From contig CAYOPL010000012.1 in NCBI GenBank assembly GCA_964405845.1, positions 95,583-159,582 of the forward strand: 64,000 bases of DNA, written 5' to 3'. This document shows, one piece after another, positions 24,854-34,878 of the stretch. The stretch comes from an uncultured Dehalococcoidia bacterium. Lineage in GTDB: Bacteria; Chloroflexota; Dehalococcoidia; UBA6926. Position 1 is the stretch's first letter, and each line of letters opens with the position of its first letter. A program made the position numbers and the translations under genes. The notes beneath the pieces were generated by a model. The model saw nothing but the letters and a program-made list of their open reading frames with translations, had not been told where the DNA came from and did not search any database.

Positions 24854-26632
24854 ATGCGAATCATCCACTTTGCCGACGCGCACATCGGCGTTGAGACCCA
24901 CAGCCGTCCCGTCACCTCGGACGAACTCAACGCCCTGCCGGACTCTTTCGCCCCGGGCGTAAACCGCGCCGCTACCTACACGGGTATGCCGTCCCGCCTC
25001 GTTGATGCCCTCCGCGCCTTTGATGAACTTGTTGATTTCGCCCTGACGGAACCCCGCGCCGATCTCGTCGTCTTTTCCGGCGACGCCTATCGCTCACGAG
25101 ACCCGTCCCAAACCCATCAGCGGGAATTCGCCCGCCGCATCAGCCGTCTTGCCCTTGCCGGTATCCCCGTCTTTCTTCTGACCGGCAACCATGACGTGCC
25201 CAACACGGAGGGCAGGGCAACAGCGCTGGATATCTTTGATGCCCTCGCCGTCGACAACGTCACGGTTGCCTCCCGCCCCGCCGTTCACCGTATTGAAACT
25301 GCGGCCGGCCCTGTCCAGATTGTTGCCGTCCCGTGGTTGCGTCGCAGTGCCGCCGCCGCGCGCGCAGAATTGCACGGCAAGAGCTCTGCGGAAGTCAATG
25401 ATTGGATGCAGAGTTTCCTAAGCAATGAAATCAACCGCATGGCCGGAGAACTTGATCCAGCCGTGCCGTCTATCCTGTCTGCCCACGCCACCGCCACCAC
25501 GGCTACCATCGGCCATGAACGCAGCATGATGATGGGCAACGACTACCTGCTGCTGCCCAGCGCCTTCCAAACACATCCCATTGACTACGCTGCTCTGGGC
25601 CACATCCATCGCCACCAGCAAATCGCTGACTCCCCACCTGTCGTCTACTCCGGCAGCCTCCACCGTGTCGATTTCTCTGAAGAAGATGACAACAAGGGTT
25701 TCTGTGTCGTGGACATTGATTCCGCTCTCCCGCCCGGCCGCCGTGCTGCCTCGTGGTCGTTCCATCCAGTCTGGACGCGCCCGTTCAAGACAATCAAAAT
25801 TGCCGTCCGTGCCGGTGAGCAGGATGTAATGGGGACGATTGCCGTCCGCCTTGCCGCTGCAGACGTGCAAGATGCCGTAGCCCGCGTGGAAATCGAAGCC
25901 CCCTCCGAACTCGCGGGCGACATAGACCGCGTCCGCATTCGCAATTTAGTGCGGCAGGCCGGGGCGCACGCGGTTTCGGGAGTCACGGTGCAGGTCGACG
26001 CGCCGGATAGAACACGAACCCGTCTTGATCGCGGCATGGCAATTGAATCACTTGAACCTGAACAAGCCCTCAGCCTCTATATGGACAAATCATCAATTGC
26101 CACTGAGCGCCGTACAGTGCTCATGCAAGCGGCCCGTGAGATTATCAACACGAATCAGATGGGGCAGGGAGCTGACGTGGAAGATCAGGCGGACGTGGTG
26201 GTCCGAATCGCCGAGTCGGACGACATGGAGGCGATCTTCGCCCTCCGTCGCGTCGTCTTTATCGATGAGCAGAACGTAGACGCCGACGAAGAGTGGGATG
26301 GACGCGATGAGGACGCCGTCCACGCAGTGGCTCTAACAGAGGGTGAGGTCGTTGGTACGGGCCGCCTGCTAACGGACGAGGGAGAGGAAACGTGCCGTAT
26401 TGGCCGCATGGCCGTTCGACAAGACCTCAGGCGACACGGAATCGGCGACAGGATCCTGGCAGTGCTGGAAGACGCCGCTCAGGAACGCGGCTTTGCTCAG
26501 GTTCACCTAAACGCCCAGACTTACGTTAAAGACTTCTACGCCCAGGCCGGCTACGCAGAACACGGCGAAACATTCATGGAAGCCGGCATTGAGCACGTAG
26601 CCATGACGAAGGATCTACCCCGCTCCTCGTAG
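24854..26632 (+). CDS. SbcD/Mre11-type calcineurin-like metallophosphoesterase nuclease fused to a C-terminal GNAT N-acetyltransferase domain.
   Basis: The nuclease motifs are MRIIHFADAHIG (motif I), VVFSGDAYRS, LLTGNHD and ALGHIHRHQ. The C-terminal 150 aa read EAIFALRRVVFIDEQNV...CRIGRMAVRQDLRRHGIGDRILAVLEDAAQERGFAQVHLNAQ, a GNAT acetyl-CoA motif A. No sbcC lies adjacent. Confidence 0.7.
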   Translation: MRIIHFADAHIGVETHSRPVTSDELNALPDSFAPGVNRAATYTGMPSRLVDALRAFDELVDFALTEPRADLVVFSGDAYRSRDPSQTHQREFARRISRLALAGIPVFLLTGNHDVPNTEGRATALDIFDALAVDNVTVASRPAVHRIETAAGPVQIVAVPWLRRSAAAARAELHGKSSAEVNDWMQSFLSNEINRMAGELDPAVPSILSAHATATTATIGHERSMMMGNDYLLLPSAFQTHPIDYAALGHIHRHQQIADSPPVVYSGSLHRVDFSEEDDNKGFCVVDIDSALPPGRRAASWSFHPVWTRPFKTIKIAVRAGEQDVMGTIAVRLAAADVQDAVARVEIEAPSELAGDIDRVRIRNLVRQAGAHAVSGVTVQVDAPDRTRTRLDRGMAIESLEPEQALSLYMDKSSIATERRTVLMQAAREIINTNQMGQGADVEDQADVVVRIAESDDMEAIFALRRVVFIDEQNVDADEEWDGRDEDAVHAVALTEGEVVGTGRLLTDEGEETCRIGRMAVRQDLRRHGIGDRILAVLEDAAQERGFAQVHLNAQTYVKDFYAQAGYAEHGETFMEAGIEHVAMTKDLPRSS

Positions 26633-27292
26633 CCACTCGGAGCCGCCGTCCCACACCTCGCGCTTCCACACAGGCGCCAGCGCCTTCACCTTTTCCACAG
26701 CCTCCCGGCACGCGTCAAAGGCCGCGCGGCGATGCGGCGATGCCACCGCCACCACCAGCGATGTCTCCCCAATCTCGAGCCGTCCCGTCCGATGCCACAG
26801 CGCGATGCTGCCAATGTCAAAGTCCTCGAGCGTCTCGCGCCCAATCCTCCGCAGCACGCTCTCGGCCATCTCCGGGTATGCCTCATATTCAAGGAAGAGC
26901 ACGTGACGCCCAAGATTGTTGTTCCGCACGATGCCTTCAAACGTCAGTACAGCGCCGTCGGATGAAGCCTTGAGCGACTCCGCAATCTTCAAGGCGTCCA
27001 GCGCATCAGCCGTCACCCCTACCTGAACTGCCTCCGCCTCGGAGACGGCCCCTCCGCTCACGGGAGGAATCAGCGCGACCTCATCGCCCGCCGAGAGAGT
27101 GGTTGATTGATCGACATATTCTTGGTTGACGGCAACAACAACGCCGTCGCAACGGTTCGCCAATGCTGGATGCTGCCGCTGCGCCTCGCCTAGCAGGCGC
27201 GAGACCGGCTCGCCCTCCGGAATCTCAACGCTGATTTCAGAAGCGCCCACTGCTTCTCGCAGTGCCGCAAACAGCCTTACGCGAACGTCCAT
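26615..27292 (-). CDS. moaDE: Fused MoaD-MoaE molybdopterin synthase (sulfur-carrier subunit plus catalytic subunit).
   Basis: MDVRVRLFAALREAVGASEISVEIPEGEPVSRLLG...ALIPPVSGG is MoaD with the GG terminus. The following MoaE domain reads VLTFEGIVRNNNLGRHVLFLEYEAYPEMAE...ETSLVVAVASPHRRAAFDACREAVEKVKALAPVWKRE. The start was refined to the ATG at 27292. Confidence 0.8.
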   Translation of the reverse strand: MDVRVRLFAALREAVGASEISVEIPEGEPVSRLLGEAQRQHPALANRCDGVVVAVNQEYVDQSTTLSAGDEVALIPPVSGGAVSEAEAVQVGVTADALDALKIAESLKASSDGAVLTFEGIVRNNNLGRHVLFLEYEAYPEMAESVLRRIGRETLEDFDIGSIALWHRTGRLEIGETSLVVAVASPHRRAAFDACREAVEKVKALAPVWKREVWDGGSEWLRGAG

Positions 27293-27425
27293 GCGGCCAT
27301 TATAGGCGTCGGTTCTCGCCGATTGTGATGCTTGACACAAATTCGCGCTGACAGATAGACTCGCAATGTCGTGGCGACGACGCAACATCAGTTGTTGAGG
27401 TATTGCTCTGAACAGGCTCAACCGA

Positions 27426-28553
27426 ATGGGGAAAGGGACTCAACTAATCGGAGTGCTGACGGTTTTTATGGCCGTCGTTCTCCTCTCAGGCTGCCAGTTG
27501 GCGTTGCCGCAGAGCACGCTCCATCCGGCAGGAGACGTAGCCCAGACTCAACAGAACCTCTTTGTCTTTATCTTCTGGATTGCCGTCGCCATCTTTATCG
27601 GCGTTCAGGGCTTCCTTACCATCGCCGTGCTCAAGTACCGTGCCAGGCGTGGTCGCGAAAGTGACATCCCGCCCCAGACTCACGGCAACACTCCTCTGGA
27701 AATCGGCTGGACAATTGCTCCTTCCTTAATCGTTATCGCCATCACTATCCCAACGGTCGCGGGCATCGGCGCAACGTATGATCCCCCGTCCCAATATGCT
27801 GATGACCCTTCCCTCACCATTGAGGTCGTTGGCCACCAATGGTGGTGGGAGTACCGCTATCTGGATGAGAACGGCGACCTTGATTTCACCACTGCCAATG
27901 AATTGCACATCCCCGTCGATACCGTCATCAAGCTCAAGCTCTCCTCGAACGACGTCATTCACAGTTTCTCCGTTCCACGCCTCGCGGGCAGCCGTGACGT
28001 CGTGCCCGGTCGCGTCAACCGCATGTGGTTGAACGCGACGGAAACCGGCGTCTACGCGGGGCAGTGTAAGGAGTTCTGTGGAGATTCACACGCTTTGATG
28101 CGTACGGTCGCCTTTGCCCGTGAACTTGACGACTACGAAGCATGGGCCGCCAATGAGCGCCGCCCGGCAGTCAACATGACTGCCGCCATGGAACCCGGCT
28201 GGGCGGTCTTTGTGGACAAGGGTTGCCGGAGCTGCCACAGCATCAGTGGTGAGACCGAAGACGAGTACGAACTAGCTATCGGCCTGAAGGCTCCGAACCT
28301 GAGCCACTTCGGGTCCCGCGTGACCATCGCCGCCAATACCCTCCATAAGGGTCCGGCGGATATCAATATGGGCGCATTCTTTGCGGATGTCCCGACTGAT
28401 CCGGACTTCATGCAGCGCGACCCGGCGGCAGAGAACCTGCGACAGTGGCTCGATAATGCGCCGGACGTGAAGCCCGGCACTGAGATGCCTGACCATGAAT
28501 TCACCGACCAAGAGCTTGATGATCTCGTATTCTTCCTGGAGAGCCTGAAGTAA
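27426..28553 (+). CDS. ctaC: Cytochrome c oxidase subunit II (caa3-type) with a C-terminal cytochrome c domain.
   Basis: A signal/lipoprotein-like N-terminus and 2 TM are present. The CuA site is H..GQCKEFCGDSHALM, and the heme c site is CRSCHSI. Confidence 0.88.
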   Translation: MGKGTQLIGVLTVFMAVVLLSGCQLALPQSTLHPAGDVAQTQQNLFVFIFWIAVAIFIGVQGFLTIAVLKYRARRGRESDIPPQTHGNTPLEIGWTIAPSLIVIAITIPTVAGIGATYDPPSQYADDPSLTIEVVGHQWWWEYRYLDENGDLDFTTANELHIPVDTVIKLKLSSNDVIHSFSVPRLAGSRDVVPGRVNRMWLNATETGVYAGQCKEFCGDSHALMRTVAFARELDDYEAWAANERRPAVNMTAAMEPGWAVFVDKGCRSCHSISGETEDEYELAIGLKAPNLSHFGSRVTIAANTLHKGPADINMGAFFADVPTDPDFMQRDPAAENLRQWLDNAPDVKPGTEMPDHEFTDQELDDLVFFLESLK

Positions 28554-28576
28554 CGGGCGGCAGGCTGAAGGAGTAG

Positions 28577-30439
28577 ATGACGATGGCTATGCTAGGGGGC
28601 TTACTCGAGAGACCCACCGGGACTACCGGTATCTGGAGCTGGCTCACGACGATCGATCACAAGAGGATCGGCACGCTCTACCTTGTCACGGCCTTCTTCT
28701 TCTTCCTTGTGGGCGGCATTGAGGCAAGCCTCATGCGGCTGCAATTGGCGGTGCCGGATTCGTCCATCATTAGCGCAAACGTATTCAGCCAGCTGTTTAC
28801 GATGCACGCGCTGACAATGATCTTCCTGGCCATCATGCCGCTCAGCGTCGCCTTCTTTAACTGGATCGTTCCGCTTCAGATCGGCGCGCGGGACGTCGCA
28901 TTTCCCCGCTTGAACGCCCTCAGCTATTGGGTGTTCCTCTTCGGCGCGATCATCCTGAACCTTGGCTGGTTCACCATGACCGCTCCGGCCGCAGGCTGGT
29001 TTGCCTACGCCAACCTGACCAACACCACGTTCTCACCCACCAATGGCATGGACTTCTACGTCCTCGGCCTGCTCGTGCTGGGAACATCCTCACTGCTCGG
29101 CGCGTTCAACTTCATCGTGACCATCATCAATCTGCGCGCCCCTGGCATGTCCCTGATGCGGATGCCCATCTTCACGTGGATGGCATTCATCACGTCCTTC
29201 CTGCTGGCTCTGGCCATGCCCGTCATCACCATCGGCTTGGTCGAGTTGGGCTTCGACCGTTTCTTTGGCACCAATTTCTTCGTGTTCGAGCGCGGCGGTG
29301 ATGTCCTCCTCTGGCAGCACCTCTTCTGGGTGTTTGGCCATCCCGAGGTGTACATCCTGATCCTGCCGGCCATGGGAATCATCTCCGAGATCCTGCCAAC
29401 CTTCTCCCGCAAGCCGCTCTTCGGCTTCCCGGTCGTCGTCTTCTCCGGCCTGACCATCGCATTCCTCGGATGGTCCGTCTGGGCGCACCACATGTTCGCC
29501 GCCGGTCTCGGACCTGTGCCGGACGCAGTTTTCGCGACGACAACAATGGCAATCGCTATCCCCACTGGTGTGAAAGTCTTCAACTGGCTGGCCACGATTT
29601 GGGGAGGAAACATACAGCTCAAGACGCCGATGTACTTTGCGCTCGGCTTTATTGCGCTCTTCACCATCGGCGGGCTTAGCGGTATGACACACGCGGCCGC
29701 TCCGTCAGACCTCCAGCAGACGGACACCTATTACATCGTTGCCCACCTTCATTACGTGCTCTTCGGCGGCTCGATCATGGCCATCCTTGGTGGAATCTTC
29801 TACTGGTTCCCGAAGATGACAGGCCGCATGATGAGCGACTACTTGGGCAAGTGGAGCTTCTGGCTCGTTATGATCGGCATGAACATGACGTTTGGTCCGA
29901 TGCACTACCTGGGTCTCGTCGGAATGCCACGACGGAACTTCACGTACCCCGAAGGGATGGGATGGGATATCTGGAACCTGGTCGCGTCCCTCAGCGTGTT
30001 GTTCATGATCTTTGGCATCGGCTTGTTCGTGTGGAATGCTCTCCGCAGCGCCCGTAGTGGTGAAGTGGCCGGCGATGACCCGTGGGATGCCCGTACGCTT
30101 GAGTGGGCAATGTCCTCTCCGCCGCCCCACTACAACTTCGCGGAGATTCCCGTCGTCCATGGCCGTGACGCCCTCTGGGAGCAAAAGCACCCGGATGAAG
30201 AGCACGCCGCCCCGCGCCCCGTTCCCGCCGGTGGCGCAGAGGAGGCGGACGAGCACCATGACATCCATATGCCGAGCCCGTCCTATTTCCCGTTTATCGT
30301 CGCGCTCGGCATCTTCCTGCTCGGAATCACAATGTTGCTCTACCAAGTCGCTGCGCCCGCCGGCTACGCCGCTGGGGCAATCGGAATGATCCTCCTGCTC
30401 TGGGGTTCTTACGGCTGGATCTTTGAGCCAACGGACTGA
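28577..30439 (+). CDS. ctaD: Cytochrome c oxidase subunit I.
   Basis: 12 or more TM are present with heme-copper oxidase His ligands (WFFGHPEVYILILP, HHMF, YVVAHFHYVL equivalents). Confidence 0.9.
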   Translation: MTMAMLGGLLERPTGTTGIWSWLTTIDHKRIGTLYLVTAFFFFLVGGIEASLMRLQLAVPDSSIISANVFSQLFTMHALTMIFLAIMPLSVAFFNWIVPLQIGARDVAFPRLNALSYWVFLFGAIILNLGWFTMTAPAAGWFAYANLTNTTFSPTNGMDFYVLGLLVLGTSSLLGAFNFIVTIINLRAPGMSLMRMPIFTWMAFITSFLLALAMPVITIGLVELGFDRFFGTNFFVFERGGDVLLWQHLFWVFGHPEVYILILPAMGIISEILPTFSRKPLFGFPVVVFSGLTIAFLGWSVWAHHMFAAGLGPVPDAVFATTTMAIAIPTGVKVFNWLATIWGGNIQLKTPMYFALGFIALFTIGGLSGMTHAAAPSDLQQTDTYYIVAHLHYVLFGGSIMAILGGIFYWFPKMTGRMMSDYLGKWSFWLVMIGMNMTFGPMHYLGLVGMPRRNFTYPEGMGWDIWNLVASLSVLFMIFGIGLFVWNALRSARSGEVAGDDPWDARTLEWAMSSPPPHYNFAEIPVVHGRDALWEQKHPDEEHAAPRPVPAGGAEEADEHHDIHMPSPSYFPFIVALGIFLLGITMLLYQVAAPAGYAAGAIGMILLLWGSYGWIFEPTD

Positions 30440-30477
30440 CAAGAAGACTGACAGGGAAACACTAAAGGAAATCGCAC

Positions 30478-31077
30478 GTGGCACACGACGCGACAATGGG
30501 ACAGGCTGAGGCTCACTACACAACAATGGGCCTCGACCATCGGAAGATCCTCATGTGGGTCTTCCTGGCCTCCGACTGCCTGTTCTTCGGCGCCCTGATC
30601 TCCACCTATATGGTGTACAGGAGCAACGTGCCGTCCGGACCCGGACCGGAAATTTTTGACATCCCGTACACCTCTGTCAGCGCGTTCGTCCTACTGATGA
30701 GTTCGTTGACAATGGTGCTGGCTCTCGCAGCGCTTCAGCGCGGCAACTCTCGGGCGGCACGGCTTTGGCTGCTTGCGACGGCCCTGCAGGGCGCCGTCTT
30801 CCTCGGCGGTCAGTTCTACGAATTCAATGTATTCGTTGATCAGGGGCTGACCATCACCAATAGCGTCTTTGGCACAAGCTTCTTCGTCCTCACCGGATTC
30901 CACGGGACGCACGTCGCCATCGGAGTGTTCATGCTCCTCACGCTTGTCGGCGCGTCTTATATGGGACGACTCAAGCCCAAGCATCACCTGACGGTTGAGC
31001 TTGTAGGCCTCTATTGGCACTTCGTTGATATCGTCTGGATCGTCATCTTTACGGTGGTGTATCTCATCCCGTCGTAG
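30478..31077 (+). CDS. ctaE: Cytochrome c oxidase subunit III.
   Basis: [20 protein letters not shown]-type C-terminus (GLYWHFVDIVWIVIF). Confidence 0.85.
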   Translation: MAHDATMGQAEAHYTTMGLDHRKILMWVFLASDCLFFGALISTYMVYRSNVPSGPGPEIFDIPYTSVSAFVLLMSSLTMVLALAALQRGNSRAARLWLLATALQGAVFLGGQFYEFNVFVDQGLTITNSVFGTSFFVLTGFHGTHVAIGVFMLLTLVGASYMGRLKPKHHLTVELVGLYWHFVDIVWIVIFTVVYLIPS

Positions 31078-31115
31078 GACGGGCTGAAACGGCACGCAAA
31101 GCGAGGAACGACAAA

Positions 31116-31433
31116 ATGGCGACAGCAGAGCAACAGGCACACACGGAAGATCACCCGACTCCGCGTACCTACGTCAACGTCGCGATCATCCTCTCGGTCA
31201 TCACGATCATTGAGGTCGCCATCGTCATCGTTGAAGTGCCCTCCGTCATCCTGATTTCATCTCTGCTTGCCCTATCGGCGGTCAAGTTCGCTTTTGTCGT
31301 CGGCTGGTTCATGCATCTCAAGTTCGACGCCCGCCTCTACCAGGCGCTCTTCCTCGGCGGCCTATTCCTTGCCATAGCAGTCCTCTTGGCGCTGGTGGCC
31401 CTCTTTGAGAACTTCACCCTGCCCGGCACGTAG
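31116..31433 (+). CDS. ctaF: Cytochrome c oxidase subunit IV (prokaryotic caa3-type small subunit).
   Basis: This is a 105-aa, 3-TM protein immediately after ctaE (YVNVAIILSVITIIEVAIV...). Confidence 0.6.
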   Translation: MATAEQQAHTEDHPTPRTYVNVAIILSVITIIEVAIVIVEVPSVILISSLLALSAVKFAFVVGWFMHLKFDARLYQALFLGGLFLAIAVLLALVALFENFTLPGT

Positions 31434-31477
31434 TGGCTGAATACGAATTGTGAATACACGAGGATAGCGGAGCAACC

Positions 31478-31753
31478 ATGGCGCACCAAGACGAACAGGG
31501 CAAGACGAACAACGTTCAGGATCGACTCGTTGTTCCGATTCTGCTGCCGGTCGTTTGCCTCATCATCACCATCGCGCTGATTGTTGGCATTGGCCAACTC
31601 CTGTACTCCGTCGTCCCTCACGACTACGTAACGCTGGCCGGTGAAAAAGTCTACTACTCCGTTCCTGCCGCGCTTGGCTTGGCGCTTTTCTTCCTGCTGG
31701 GATTCGCTTTCTTGGCGTCTCGCGCGCCTGACGACGACGGCGGCGACTCCTAA
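31478..31753 (+). CDS. Small 2-TM membrane protein of unknown function inside the oxidase operon.
   Basis: It is 91 aa with two hydrophobic helices (LVVPILLPVVCLIITIALIVGIG / YYSVPAALGLALFFLLGFAFLA). Its operon position is between ctaF and ctaG. Confidence 0.45.
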   Translation: MAHQDEQGKTNNVQDRLVVPILLPVVCLIITIALIVGIGQLLYSVVPHDYVTLAGEKVYYSVPAALGLALFFLLGFAFLASRAPDDDGGDS

Positions 31754-31853
31754 TAGTGCGACGCCGCTGATAGAGGCGGCAGCCCATTTGACTTTGGCCA
31801 TTCCAGTGCGCTCCTGTCTCCGCAACGCGCCGGAAAAGGCGTAGGATTGCCGC

Positions 31854-32744
31854 ATGAATGACCTGGGTGATTACCTGCTCGCGTGGTCGTGGGAGCCGCT
31901 AACTCTGTTCTTCGTCGGCCTCCTCGGATTCGCCTACGTCAGGGGACTGCGAGGCCTTAATCCGATTAAGGTTCGCGTGGTCACAAATTGGCGTGCCATG
32001 TCCTTTGCGACAGGCCTGACCGTGCTCCTACTCGCCCTCATTTCACCCATCGATACCCTCGGCGGTCGACTGTTCGCCTTCCACATGACCCAGCACATGC
32101 TCCTGATGCACGTCGCCGTGCCGCTGATTCTACTGGGCGCGCCGGTTCTCCCAGTTGCCCGCGGCATGGGGTACGGAATTCGCAGACTAACCCTCATCAA
32201 GCTCGCCAGAGCTCCCCAGGTGCGCTTCATCTTTCATATCCTCATCCACCCTCTCGTTGGCTTGGCAGTCTTCGTGGGCGTTATCTGGTCATGGCACGTC
32301 CCGGGAGCCTACGCCGCCGCCGTCACCAACGACTTCGCTCACATCGGCCAGCACGCCAGCTTCATTACTGCCGCAACACTCTTCTGGTGGGCCATCATCG
32401 ACCCGACACCCATCCGGGGCAAAATTCCCTACTTGGCCCGACTCGTCGTCGTCGTGATGGCGCTGTCGCTGACGTTCCCTCTGGCCGCGATGCTGACATT
32501 TGCGGCAAATCCTTGGTATGCCCCCTACATCGGTCAGGAACCACTCTGGGGAATCGACTCCATGACTGACCAGCAGATCGGTGGACTCATCATGTGGGTC
32601 GGCGGGATCGCGCCCTACTTCCTTGCCATTGCCGGCCTGTTCATCGTTGCAGTCCGGCGTGATGAAGAGGACACGCGCCGCTCGCGTGCCGCCCTCTACA
32701 ACAACTCGCCCAATCATGTGCCGCATAGGCCGGCGACCACGTGA
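31854..32744 (+). CDS. Caa3-type cytochrome oxidase assembly factor CtaG-like membrane protein.
   Basis: It is a 7-TM protein with conserved His clusters (FHMTQHMLLMH, FAHIGQHASF). Operon context supports the call. Confidence 0.55.
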   Translation: MNDLGDYLLAWSWEPLTLFFVGLLGFAYVRGLRGLNPIKVRVVTNWRAMSFATGLTVLLLALISPIDTLGGRLFAFHMTQHMLLMHVAVPLILLGAPVLPVARGMGYGIRRLTLIKLARAPQVRFIFHILIHPLVGLAVFVGVIWSWHVPGAYAAAVTNDFAHIGQHASFITAATLFWWAIIDPTPIRGKIPYLARLVVVVMALSLTFPLAAMLTFAANPWYAPYIGQEPLWGIDSMTDQQIGGLIMWVGGIAPYFLAIAGLFIVAVRRDEEDTRRSRAALYNNSPNHVPHRPATT

Positions 32745-34645
32745 TGTCCGGTACGCTTCAAAGCGCCGAATTGCGCTACCGCAAGACACTGCTGGGGCTC
32801 GCGTTAGCAGCGGCAATCACAACTGTCTTCCTGATCAGCCTTGGCAGTTTCGTGCGCGTCACGGGCTCCGGCCTCGCCTGCCCGGACTGGCCGCTGTGCC
32901 ACGGCAGCATCATCCCGCCGTTCGAATACCACGTCCTCATCGAATACTCCCACCGTCTCACGGCAGCCATAGTCGGCCTGCTCGTGGCCGCGATGTTCGT
33001 CGTGGCCTTCCTCGCGTCACGCGCCAACGAGCAGCCAACCCGGCGAGCGCTTATCCCTGCCGCAATCACACTCGTTGTCATGCTCACGCAGGCAGGTTTG
33101 GGCGGCGTGGCCGTCATAACGGAACTCCCGCCGCCAATCGTCACCCTTCACCTATTCCTCGCCGAAGCCATTCTTGCCCTGCTAATTGTGACCATGATGG
33201 CTGCCGCGCCCGGACGGACAACGCCCGCAGATGGGCAGGGCATCTCCCTCCGGGATGCCCGCAAGCTGTACATCTGGGCCGCCGTCGCCGCCTTCATGAC
33301 TCTCGTGATGATTCTCTCCGGCTCCTACGTCGTGGCTGAAGAGGCAACACTTGCCTGTGGCAGCGGCTTCTCCGCGTGGCCTCTCTGCGACGGCGCAATC
33401 ATGCCCAGCGGATTCGACCCCAACATCCACATGGGACACCGGTACATGGTTGTCATTGGAACCCTGACCACCGGCTACGTCGCGTTTCTCTCATGGCGTC
33501 AGAAAGAAAGAGATCGCATGATCAGCCGGGTAGGGCAGGCCACACTTCACCTGCTTGCCGTGCAGATTGTCATCGGCGCGCTCGTGCCGTGGACCGAGTT
33601 CCACCATGCCGCCCGTGTCGCCCACATCACTCTTGCCTCGCTGACGTGGGCTGCAGCCGTCCTTCTCGTTATACTCGCCGCCCGTGCAAGAGCATCCGGT
33701 ACCGAAAACGACGAAACGCCTGCATCCGCTCAGATGCCCCCCGCCCCCGCGGGGGGATCGGGATTCGCGCCGACTTTCTCTCTGAGAGGTGTCGCGTCCG
33801 ACTACTTCTGGCTGACCAAGCCGCGCGTTATGGTGCTCCTGCTGCTGACCGCGCTTGGAGGAATGGTGCTGGCGGCACAAGGCCTGCCGACACTAACCGT
33901 CGCCGTCGCCGTTCTGCTTGGCGGCGCGCTGGCATCCGGCGGCGCAGGAGCCATCAATCACGGCCTTGAAGGACACATCGACTCCGCAATGATGAGAACG
34001 CGTCATCGCCCCGTCGCGAGTGGTCGAGTCAGCCCCCGCATGGCAATCGGCTACGGTATTGCCCTCAACGTGTTTGCCTTTGTCGTGCTGGCAGGCGGAG
34101 CGAATGTCCTCGCCGCGTCTATCACCCTGAGCGGATCGCTCTTCTACGTCTTCGTCTACACGCTCTGGCTCAAGCAAACGACGGTGCAGAACATCGTCAT
34201 CGGCGGAGCAGCAGGAGCAGTCCCACCCCTCGTTGGCTGGGCGGGTGTGACTAACGATCTGAGCATGCCCGCCATCTACCTATTCCTGATCATCTTCTTT
34301 TGGACACCGCCTCATTTCTGGGCGCTCTCTCTGATGATCAAGGACGACTATGAGCGAGCCAGCGTGCCGATGATGCCGGTCGTCCTCGGCGAGGAGAGCA
34401 CGCGAACCAGCATCTTCCTCTACACGATCTTGGTGAATATACTCGCGCTGCTGCTCTACCTCTCAACAATGAGCCTCAGCGAAGTCTACCTCGCAGGTGC
34501 AATCGCGCTGGGAGGAATGTTTACCTACTACGCTTACCGACTTCTCAAGGAAAAGGATCGGCCCGCCGCCCTGCGCCTCTACAAGTACTCCCTGCTGTAC
34601 CTGGCCCTGCTCTTCCTCGCAATAATGATCGACCAGGTCGTGTAG
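32741..34645 (+). CDS. ctaAB: Fusion of heme A synthase (CtaA/COX15) with protoheme IX farnesyltransferase (CtaB/CyoE, heme O synthase).
   Basis: The N-terminal half contains GSGLACPDWPLCHG and a second C..C pair (CGSGFSAWPLCDG), as in CtaA. The C-terminal half is a UbiA-family prenyltransferase (YFWLTKPRVMVLLLLTALGG...DxxxD-like). Confidence 0.8.
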   Translation: MMSGTLQSAELRYRKTLLGLALAAAITTVFLISLGSFVRVTGSGLACPDWPLCHGSIIPPFEYHVLIEYSHRLTAAIVGLLVAAMFVVAFLASRANEQPTRRALIPAAITLVVMLTQAGLGGVAVITELPPPIVTLHLFLAEAILALLIVTMMAAAPGRTTPADGQGISLRDARKLYIWAAVAAFMTLVMILSGSYVVAEEATLACGSGFSAWPLCDGAIMPSGFDPNIHMGHRYMVVIGTLTTGYVAFLSWRQKERDRMISRVGQATLHLLAVQIVIGALVPWTEFHHAARVAHITLASLTWAAAVLLVILAARARASGTENDETPASAQMPPAPAGGSGFAPTFSLRGVASDYFWLTKPRVMVLLLLTALGGMVLAAQGLPTLTVAVAVLLGGALASGGAGAINHGLEGHIDSAMMRTRHRPVASGRVSPRMAIGYGIALNVFAFVVLAGGANVLAASITLSGSLFYVFVYTLWLKQTTVQNIVIGGAAGAVPPLVGWAGVTNDLSMPAIYLFLIIFFWTPPHFWALSLMIKDDYERASVPMMPVVLGEESTRTSIFLYTILVNILALLLYLSTMSLSEVYLAGAIALGGMFTYYAYRLLKEKDRPAALRLYKYSLLYLALLFLAIMIDQVV

Positions 34646-34650
34646 ACAAA

Positions 34651-34862
34651 CCGCTCATCCTGAGCCTGTCGAAGGACAGAGTGCCCCCTCCGTCATTCCG
34701 GCGAAAGCCGGAATCCAGTGCGGCGCACAGCGCCGCCTCCCCTGTCATTCTGAGCGTAGCGAAGAATCTAAAGTCTCCATTGCGCCGTTCATCCTGAGCC
34801 TGTCGAAGGACATGAGCGGGAGTATCCTCCCCTCATTCCGGCGAAAGCCGGAATCCATCGGG
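34651..34862. repeat. Largest REP-like cluster (A-B-C-D-A-B), filling the convergent intergenic region between ctaAB and the ccm operon.
   Basis: ccgctcatcctgagcctgtcgaagg ... gtcattccggcgaaagccggaatccagtgcggcgcacagcgccgcc ... gtcattctgagcgtagcgaagaatct ... ccgttcatcctgagcctgtcgaagg ... cattccggcgaaagccggaatcc. Confidence 0.85.
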
Positions 34863-34878
34863 ATTACGTACTGCTCGA

